From a virus (taxonomy: Duplodnaviria > Caudoviricetes), in IMG/VR virus record IMGVR_UViG_3300027715_000018, positions 1-37,377 of that record: DNA of 37,377 nt; one strand, 5' to 3'. A program made the position numbers and the translations under genes. Shown here one piece after another: positions 23,856-31,047 of the stretch (its first letter is position 1; each line of letters opens with the position of its first letter). Below the pieces are notes generated by a model. That model had not been told where the DNA came from and ran no database searches. It saw only the letters and a program-made list of their open reading frames with translations.

Positions 23856-25547
23856 TTATAAACCCAATTCGTCGAGTATGTTGCGATACATGACTCCATA
23901 ACCGAAATCATTGGGGTGCAACCCATCATACAACATAGAATCAACAGTGATACCATTCACAGCAGCATATTGCTTCAAATAATCATAATTCGATATGAAT
24001 TTCAATGAATTTGAAGACGCTAGATAAAAAATCGAATAGTTCACCGTATCCATTTTGTATTTTCTTATTGGATCGTTGTCATTTGCAGCACTTACAGGAT
24101 TTGCGCACATCAGTATTATTTTTTTACCTTCGGCGACACACTTGTCCACAATTGCCTGTTGGAATGTTTTCATGGTGGCTGGGTTATTTGTTGTATATCT
24201 GTCATTGGTTCCAACCTGCATCACAATGATATCATCATCCGCTTCTATTAGAGTGGCTCTGTTGTCATACAAATATTTTGAATCTATGCCAGAAATACCC
24301 CAGTTTTTCACACGAACTTGTTTGTCTACCAATATTGATTCAATAAATACGAGTTTATTCACGCCTGTTTCGCGCAACAGCACGTCGTGTTTCTGGTCTG
24401 TTAGGTTTTCGAACGAGGTTTCAACAGACGACGCAAACGTTCCGGCACCGTTGATTTCACCTATTTTTACAGAGTCAACAATAACGTCGAGTATACCACC
24501 ATCAGTTGTGTGTGCGTGATAAACTTTAAAAAACGTACCGCAGAAAGAGAAAGCTACACCTTTATCGGTTGTTAGCGTTCGTATTTGGACTTGTGTTTTA
24601 ACGTTGCTTCCATTGTACGCTTGGAAGGTGTAATTTGGTGTTGTGTACGTTATGTTTTTGTCGTTCATGGCGATCAGTTGTGAATTATCGTATTTACCGA
24701 GAACATAAGACTTAACCATGTTCGCCCAACATGTCGCGGTATCAACATTTGCGTGATGCCCAGTAGTCCCAATAAGTTCTCCCGTTTCGCTATAACCAGT
24801 ACCACCATAACCGGCTGTGATGCTGTCGCCGATTAGTTTTATATTGGTTCTTTTGAATGGGTTTTTGATATCTGATACAATGTCTTTCACTGCGTAGTCG
24901 TAAAAACCTTTTTGGTGGATGTTGCTTATGTTTGAGTTTATAGATGTGTCAGAAGACGCCAATTCGGACAAAGCGCCCTCAACGTTGTCGCTGTCAAAAT
25001 TTCCAGCCGAATCAACTATAGGCAAGTTTGTTGCGTTGGTTACTGGTTCGTCGGTGTCTATCCAAATCTCAATTTCTGGGTTGGTCGGTTGGTCTGGGCC
25101 TACGAATACGGCAGAGTCACCAGTATCACCTTTAGGGCCAATCTCACCTTTAACACCCTGGATTCCTTGATCACCTTTATCACCTTTAGGTCCAATCTCA
25201 CCTTGAACACCCTGGATTCCTTGATCACCTTTATCACCTTTAGGTCCAATCTCACCTTGAACACCCTGGATTCCTTGATCACCTTTGTCACCTTTAGGTC
25301 CAATCTCACCTTGAACACCCTGGATTCCTTGATCACCTTTGTCACCTTTAGGTCCAATCTCACCTTGAACACCCTGTATCCCTTGGGGTCCCTGTTCACC
25401 CTCAAGACTATCGATGAAATCTTGTTCGGTTCCCGTATTTCCTAAATCGAGCCACGTTTCATAGGCCGATTTTCCACGTTCTGACACACTCGTCATTTCA
25501 ACTGTGATATCAAAACTATCTGTAAATCTTGCGTCTAAATTAGGCAT
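23856..25547 (-). CDS. Collagen-stalk protein with C-terminal SGNH/GDSL hydrolase
   Basis: GXY repeats; SGNH blocks IGDSIT, NWGISG, GTND and DGLHPN. Confidence 0.88.
   Translation of the reverse strand: MPNLDARFTDSFDITVEMTSVSERGKSAYETWLDLGNTGTEQDFIDSLEGEQGPQGIQGVQGEIGPKGDKGDQGIQGVQGEIGPKGDKGDQGIQGVQGEIGPKGDKGDQGIQGVQGEIGPKGDKGDQGIQGVKGEIGPKGDTGDSAVFVGPDQPTNPEIEIWIDTDEPVTNATNLPIVDSAGNFDSDNVEGALSELASSDTSINSNISNIHQKGFYDYAVKDIVSDIKNPFKRTNIKLIGDSITAGYGGTGYSETGELIGTTGHHANVDTATCWANMVKSYVLGKYDNSQLIAMNDKNITYTTPNYTFQAYNGSNVKTQVQIRTLTTDKGVAFSFCGTFFKVYHAHTTDGGILDVIVDSVKIGEINGAGTFASSVETSFENLTDQKHDVLLRETGVNKLVFIESILVDKQVRVKNWGISGIDSKYLYDNRATLIEADDDIIVMQVGTNDRYTTNNPATMKTFQQAIVDKCVAEGKKIILMCANPVSAANDNDPIRKYKMDTVNYSIFYLASSNSLKFISNYDYLKQYAAVNGITVDSMLYDGLHPNDFGYGVMYRNILDELGL
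25126..25380. repeat. 54-bp coding tandem repeat (GEIGPKGDKGDQGIQGVQ) x ~4.7
   Basis: Near-identical nucleotide units within the collagen stalk. Confidence 0.9.
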
Positions 25548-25881
25548 AAGTTATTTCCTCCGCAATTTCAAAGTGTGAAGATCGTATCAAAGTTTTCACA
25601 AGACCTGAAGCGGTCTTTAGCTCAATATCATAATAATATGTTTTAAAGTCAAGTTCGTCTGTGTCGCTAGGGTCAATGTAAAAAACCCCATAATCATCTT
25701 GAAATGTTGTGACGACCTTCTGGAAAGCAAATTCAACCATACGTGAATGCTCTTTCACTGTGAGTTTTATCGTATCACCTACCACAAAAGGTATTACGGT
25801 TCCGGCACTATCTTTCATTTGCACGCGTATGGTTTCGCTATCACCACGAACCATACTGACATCTGTTCCATCAATTAACAT
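25540..25881 (-). CDS. BppU-N-like baseplate/fibre adaptor
   Basis: MVRGDSETIRV...IDPSDTDEL...YYYDIEL pattern typical of small Ig-like adaptors upstream of fibre genes. Confidence 0.65.
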   Translation of the reverse strand: MLIDGTDVSMVRGDSETIRVQMKDSAGTVIPFVVGDTIKLTVKEHSRMVEFAFQKVVTTFQDDYGVFYIDPSDTDELDFKTYYYDIELKTASGLVKTLIRSSHFEIAEEITYA

Positions 25882-25909
25882 AAATTTTTACCTCCATAAT
25901 TTTTAAACT

Positions 25910-25940
25910 TTTGGTGGTGATTATATAAACCACCACCAAA
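25910..25940 (-). terminator. Hairpin / possible terminator
   Basis: TTGGTGGTG-N11-CACCACCAA. Confidence 0.5.
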
Positions 25941-25968
25941 CAAACAAACAACAACACGATTGTCGGTC

Positions 25969-26229
25969 TTACTCGTGAGCCTTAGACATCATCACGAAGC
26001 CTTCAAGTTTTTGCAAGTCATCATCTACTTTGCCGAGCTTCTCACAAATATTTTTTTGTTCAAACTCTAGAGCAAATGTTCGCTCTATCACACCGTTGTG
26101 TTTGTTAACCTTTTCCTCCAATTGTTGGAGTCGATAGGTCATGAGTTTGGATGACGCTATGATCCCCATAAATGATCCAGCAGATGTGCTGAGTGCCGCG
26201 ATGATAGCTACAATAATTGTTGGGTCCAT
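25969..26229 (-). CDS. Small N-terminal-TM coiled-coil protein (holin-like/XhlA-like)
   Basis: MDPTIIVAIIAALST...YRLQQLEEKVNKHNGVIERT, a common Firmicutes phage membrane protein pattern. Confidence 0.7.
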   Translation of the reverse strand: MDPTIIVAIIAALSTSAGSFMGIIASSKLMTYRLQQLEEKVNKHNGVIERTFALEFEQKNICEKLGKVDDDLQKLEGFVMMSKAHE

Positions 26230-26261
26230 GTTTTAGTTCTCCTTAGTTGTTGTATTTTTTT

Positions 26262-28487
26262 TTAGATTGGGTAGAATGTGAGTGTTGTCGGTTTTCCGAC
26301 TATAGCGTTTAATATATCAGCGTCGGCTTGAGTTCTAGCTATACCTGTTGTGGCAGAGCACCCTGTCAACATATTTGTTGTTGTGACACCACTCATGTCG
26401 AAAGATCTCAAATCCAAAACGTTGGTTATCGAAGACCGAAACATATCCGCCATAGTTGTCACATTTGTTGTATCAAAAGATGCAACATCTATTGTTGTTG
26501 CGTTTGAACCATAAAACATACCAGACATGTTTGTGACTTTTGTGGTTGTGAATGAACTAAGATCCAGTTCGGAAGCGCTAGACGCTCTAAACATATTAGC
26601 CATTGTTATAACTTCGCCGGTATTGAATGAACTAAGACCGGTTATTTGGGCACTACACGATCGAAACATCGACGACATATCAGTAACACTTGCGGTGTTG
26701 AAACCACTAACATCAATCTGTGATGTGTCAAATATATAGAACATTGACGCCATTGTTTTAACTGATGATGTGTCGAGCGAACTTATATCCAACAAACTAA
26801 TATTCGACGAAGAGAACATGGAATCCATACGCTCTACTTTTGAGGTGTTTAGCGGTCTCAAATCTAAACTCGATATGCTTGCAAACGCGAACATACTACC
26901 CATATCAACAACGTTAGATGTGTCGAATCCTGTGAATAATATTGAATTGTACAACGCGTTGTTGAACATACCGCTAACATCTAAAACAGAACTTGCGTAA
27001 AGCTTGGTTATGTCTAAATCATAACCTGCAGCTTGACACAGCTGAAACATACCTTGCATGCTCGTTATAAATTTATTATCGCTAACAACACCCAAAACAG
27101 CGTTACCATAGAACATACTATCATATGAGTTTGGTATGATCTGTTGGATTGTTGTTGGTACTACAACGCTACCGCCAAGGTTGCATGTGAATTTATTTTG
27201 CCCGGCTGGTGTAAAATCTGCATCTGACGCAATAACCCAAGGGTATTCGTAAGTTGGTGGTGGTGTTACAGTTGTGTTGCTGTTCCATACTTGTGACGAA
27301 TCTTCTAAATTTGGTTGGTCGTGCACATAATAACCACTACCGTCAGCTGTTGTATACACACCCATAGCTGCAGCTAGAGATTTCACAGCATCCCCGGTGT
27401 CACTTTGGTTTTTTGAACCTGATCGTATGACGTTTGTTTCGCCGTTTACTTGAGCTCCGCAGTTCGCTTCGCAACTACCGCGATATTTGTATTTGTTGTG
27501 CGTTATGTTTGTATTAAAAGATTCATTGTCTATTGTTGTTACTGCTACGCGGTCGCCGGCTTCAATAGAAGGGTCCCCTGACCACGTTGTTTTATGTGGG
27601 ACAACAAAAGTCTCGTATACACCGGTGTTATCAAAGTGGTTTAGAATTGCTTGTTGGTTGTTTTGGATTAGTAGATTTTCAGATAAGCTTACAACGTTTC
27701 CAGGTTGACTTCCTATTCCGGTGTAAATGTTACTCATGGTCTCCATCGTTACTCCGGTTATTGGTTGGACGAAGTCATCAGAAATTAGTTTAGATCTCAC
27801 GTTAGGATCGATCAGAGTTGCTATTGAGTTGTTGGTTTTCAACCACTCAATAACTATTTGGCCGAGTCTGTTACATTTTGCATACGAGGCGTTAATTTCA
27901 GCAATTGATCCTAAAACATTACGAAACGTTACACCAGCTTTTGGTTTACGTGGCACCGTGTACTCATAAAGTGTCTGTGTAGGATTCACAGGAACTTGAC
28001 AGTACGAACAAATATCTTCGTAAATTTGGGTTAATGTTGCAGGATAAACCAACGTTGATTTAGAATAGTCCACATCAAGTTTTGACATGTTGTCAAGAGC
28101 TTTGAATTTTGTTGTCTTACGACCTTTGTCGATTGAGTCTATGTGGAAAACCCCCATCGGTATTGATTCTGACGATGGTGTTGGATACGTTTCTGTGGCA
28201 GGTAGAATCAATGTAACAGTTGGTTGTATTGATGCTTCAGCAAAATCCACAAGCTTATTGGTAGGATTTAGAATCATCTCGAATTCAAAACTTCCAGCTA
28301 TCGTATTACCAAGTTCAAGCACATCTCCAGACATCACTGAATCTTCGAAAACAACTGAACCGTTTGTTACGTCAGCATCAGTAAGTGTGAATGCGCTTCC
28401 GGATTTAGGTGTTACGAGAATACTTATGGTGAAATCTCGAGTTAGTTGTTTGATTTGGTCTTTATATCTTTGTGAAGTTGGGTACAT
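26262..28487 (-). CDS. Tail tip/hub (Tal-like) protein, allele B, with C-terminal BspA/DUF285 repeats
   Basis: N-terminal ~363 aa match the upstream gene (IPMGVFHID, KALDNMSKLD, WSGDPSIEAGD); different LRR C-terminus; AGGAGGTG RBS. Confidence 0.85.
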   Translation of the reverse strand: MYPTSQRYKDQIKQLTRDFTISILVTPKSGSAFTLTDADVTNGSVVFEDSVMSGDVLELGNTIAGSFEFEMILNPTNKLVDFAEASIQPTVTLILPATETYPTPSSESIPMGVFHIDSIDKGRKTTKFKALDNMSKLDVDYSKSTLVYPATLTQIYEDICSYCQVPVNPTQTLYEYTVPRKPKAGVTFRNVLGSIAEINASYAKCNRLGQIVIEWLKTNNSIATLIDPNVRSKLISDDFVQPITGVTMETMSNIYTGIGSQPGNVVSLSENLLIQNNQQAILNHFDNTGVYETFVVPHKTTWSGDPSIEAGDRVAVTTIDNESFNTNITHNKYKYRGSCEANCGAQVNGETNVIRSGSKNQSDTGDAVKSLAAAMGVYTTADGSGYYVHDQPNLEDSSQVWNSNTTVTPPPTYEYPWVIASDADFTPAGQNKFTCNLGGSVVVPTTIQQIIPNSYDSMFYGNAVLGVVSDNKFITSMQGMFQLCQAAGYDLDITKLYASSVLDVSGMFNNALYNSILFTGFDTSNVVDMGSMFAFASISSLDLRPLNTSKVERMDSMFSSSNISLLDISSLDTSSVKTMASMFYIFDTSQIDVSGFNTASVTDMSSMFRSCSAQITGLSSFNTGEVITMANMFRASSASELDLSSFTTTKVTNMSGMFYGSNATTIDVASFDTTNVTTMADMFRSSITNVLDLRSFDMSGVTTTNMLTGCSATTGIARTQADADILNAIVGKPTTLTFYPI
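27397..28487. repeat. 1091-bp direct repeat, copy 1
   Basis: Matches 29462-30552 (offset 2065). I saw one mismatch, 27419 C versus 29484 A (Gly/Cys). Confidence 0.95.
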
Positions 28488-28506
28488 AAGTTTATCACCT
28501 CCTCTT

Positions 28507-30552
28507 TTAAACGATTGGATAAAATGTCAAACCTGACGGTTTTCCCGGTATGTCGTTTAGTATGTCGGCGTCATTTTGCGTTCTGGCTATACCTGTAGTT
28601 GCGGAACAACCAGTTAGCATGTTCGTTTTTGTTGTCACACCTGACATATCAAAAGACCTTAAATCTAAAACTAGAGCGTCTGAATAACTGAACATGTTGG
28701 ACATATCTTTGACAGTTGTTGTATCAAACGAGGTTAGATTGAGCTGTTTTGCGCCGCAATAGTTAAACATGGCAGCCATAGTTTTTACTTTAGATGTGTT
28801 AAACGAATGTAGGTCTAATACAGCTAAACCCCCACTCGAACCCGTCAATCTAAACATGTTGTTCATATATTCAACATTATGTGTTGAAAACGAACTAACA
28901 TCAAGACTATCCAAATATCTTGCTGTATCGAACATGTAACTCATACTGCCAACCTTTGGTGTGTCAAATGAACTTATATCTATATTTCTCGCGTAACACA
29001 TATAGAACATCCTAGACATGTTATTCACATTGCTTGTGTCGAAGCTTCTACAAAAAATATCAGTGTAATTGGAACCATAAAACATATACGTCATGTCGAT
29101 TACGTATTTTGTGTAGAAATCGGAAAGCTCTAGAGAGTTCGCACCGTTTCCAGATTCACGGAACATCGAGTGCATTGAGTGTATGTGTTTGTTTTCATTT
29201 TTTACGCCAACAAGTGTTGTTGAGTTAAGAAACAAACCCTTAAAAGAATCTACAACCTTACCACGAATCGTTTCACCAAGCACCAAATTACTATCAGGCC
29301 CAACATAGACGAAACCGCCGTCCCAATCACCAGTAAAATCTGTAAATTTTGGGATAACCCACGGTGAACCATATGTTTTTGGACCGATCACAGAATAACC
29401 AGCACCATCAGCTTCAACGTTATAACCGGCGTAGTTCGCTAAGGCTTTTACAGCAGCTCCTGTGTCACTTTGGTTTTTTGAACATGATCGTATGACGTTT
29501 GTTTCGCCGTTTACTTGAGCTCCGCAGTTCGCTTCGCAACTACCGCGATATTTGTATTTGTTGTGCGTTATGTTTGTATTAAAAGATTCATTGTCTATTG
29601 TTGTTACTGCTACGCGGTCGCCGGCTTCAATAGAAGGGTCCCCTGACCACGTTGTTTTATGTGGGACAACAAAAGTCTCGTATACACCGGTGTTATCAAA
29701 GTGGTTTAGAATTGCTTGTTGGTTGTTTTGGATTAGTAGATTTTCAGATAAGCTTACAACGTTTCCAGGTTGACTTCCTATTCCGGTGTAAATGTTACTC
29801 ATGGTCTCCATCGTTACTCCGGTTATTGGTTGGACGAAGTCATCAGAAATTAGTTTAGATCTCACGTTAGGATCGATCAGAGTTGCTATTGAGTTGTTGG
29901 TTTTCAACCACTCAATAACTATTTGGCCGAGTCTGTTACATTTTGCATACGAGGCGTTAATTTCAGCAATTGATCCTAAAACATTACGAAACGTTACACC
30001 AGCTTTTGGTTTACGTGGCACCGTGTACTCATAAAGTGTCTGTGTAGGATTCACAGGAACTTGACAGTACGAACAAATATCTTCGTAAATTTGGGTTAAT
30101 GTTGCAGGATAAACCAACGTTGATTTAGAATAGTCCACATCAAGTTTTGACATGTTGTCAAGAGCTTTGAATTTTGTTGTCTTACGACCTTTGTCGATTG
30201 AGTCTATGTGGAAAACCCCCATCGGTATTGATTCTGACGATGGTGTTGGATACGTTTCTGTGGCAGGTAGAATCAATGTAACAGTTGGTTGTATTGATGC
30301 TTCAGCAAAATCCACAAGCTTATTGGTAGGATTTAGAATCATCTCGAATTCAAAACTTCCAGCTATCGTATTACCAAGTTCAAGCACATCTCCAGACATC
30401 ACTGAATCTTCGAAAACAACTGAACCGTTTGTTACGTCAGCATCAGTAAGTGTGAATGCGCTTCCGGATTTAGGTGTTACGAGAATACTTATGGTGAAAT
30501 CTCGAGTTAGTTGTTTGATTTGGTCTTTATATCTTTGTGAAGTTGGGTACAT
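28507..30552 (-). CDS. Tail tip/hub (Tal-like) protein, allele A, with C-terminal BspA/DUF285 repeats
   Basis: Located after tape measure and Dit-like genes; same N-terminus as allele B with a different LRR C-terminus. Confidence 0.85.
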   Translation of the reverse strand: MYPTSQRYKDQIKQLTRDFTISILVTPKSGSAFTLTDADVTNGSVVFEDSVMSGDVLELGNTIAGSFEFEMILNPTNKLVDFAEASIQPTVTLILPATETYPTPSSESIPMGVFHIDSIDKGRKTTKFKALDNMSKLDVDYSKSTLVYPATLTQIYEDICSYCQVPVNPTQTLYEYTVPRKPKAGVTFRNVLGSIAEINASYAKCNRLGQIVIEWLKTNNSIATLIDPNVRSKLISDDFVQPITGVTMETMSNIYTGIGSQPGNVVSLSENLLIQNNQQAILNHFDNTGVYETFVVPHKTTWSGDPSIEAGDRVAVTTIDNESFNTNITHNKYKYRGSCEANCGAQVNGETNVIRSCSKNQSDTGAAVKALANYAGYNVEADGAGYSVIGPKTYGSPWVIPKFTDFTGDWDGGFVYVGPDSNLVLGETIRGKVVDSFKGLFLNSTTLVGVKNENKHIHSMHSMFRESGNGANSLELSDFYTKYVIDMTYMFYGSNYTDIFCRSFDTSNVNNMSRMFYMCYARNIDISSFDTPKVGSMSYMFDTARYLDSLDVSSFSTHNVEYMNNMFRLTGSSGGLAVLDLHSFNTSKVKTMAAMFNYCGAKQLNLTSFDTTTVKDMSNMFSYSDALVLDLRSFDMSGVTTKTNMLTGCSATTGIARTQNDADILNDIPGKPSGLTFYPIV
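29462..30552. repeat. 1091-bp direct repeat, copy 2
   Basis: Identity with copy 1 starts exactly at the ATG. Confidence 0.95.
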
Positions 30553-30593
30553 TTAATCACCACACTTAAAAATTATTTAAACATCATATATCT

Positions 30594-30624
30594 ATTATAC
30601 ACGGAAACACTCAAAAATTATCGG
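30594..30624 (-). promoter_or_regulatory. Putative late promoter (copy 4, tail-tip/fibre operon)
   Basis: CCGATA-N19-TATAAT. Confidence 0.75.
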
Positions 30625-30642
30625 ACCAACACACAAAATAAT

Positions 30643-30676
30643 AAAAAAGCCACACAAAAATAAATTTTGTGCGGCA
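30643..30676 (-). terminator. Terminator after the Dit-like gene
   Basis: GCCGCACAAAA...TTTTGTGTGGC followed by TTTTTT on the minus strand. Confidence 0.7.
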
Positions 30677-30686
30677 ACCATAACCA

Positions 30687-31034
30687 CTAATACTCAACCA
30701 AATCAAAATTTAGCGTCCACATGAATCCAGATGTTGTCTGAACCAACTCTTTTGATCTGTCCCCAACATACATCGTTTTTGTCACATCGCCAGAGCTGTC
30801 TGGGAATGTTACATCAAAAGAGGCTCCACTTATAGCTGTTTCCACAGCAGTTATATCAGATCCTGTTTTTGCGTTATACGACAAGCTGACTTTATATACC
30901 CCCGCGCGAATACGATCGCGCTGGAGATATCCTAATTCGTTACGGGTTGTGTCTGGGCTGTCCAAATCCTGTTTGGTTATTGCGATTTTTGACGGATCTG
31001 GTATAGCTTCGTTATTTATTTTTATCACGCTCAT
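30687..31034 (-). CDS. Distal tail (Dit-like, DUF6711-type) protein
   Basis: QDLDSPDTTRNELGYLQRDRIR...KTMYVGDRS...FDLVEY; directly after the tape measure. Confidence 0.75.
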   Translation of the reverse strand: MSVIKINNEAIPDPSKIAITKQDLDSPDTTRNELGYLQRDRIRAGVYKVSLSYNAKTGSDITAVETAISGASFDVTFPDSSGDVTKTMYVGDRSKELVQTTSGFMWTLNFDLVEY

Positions 31035-31047
31035 TTACGTCGTCCCC

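Noticed and set aside
26262-30552. Diversity-generating retroelement or invertase shufflon acting on the tail-tip genes
   Set aside because: No reverse transcriptase or site-specific recombinase is recognisable, the repeats are direct and cover the 5' ends, and differences are not adenine-specific.
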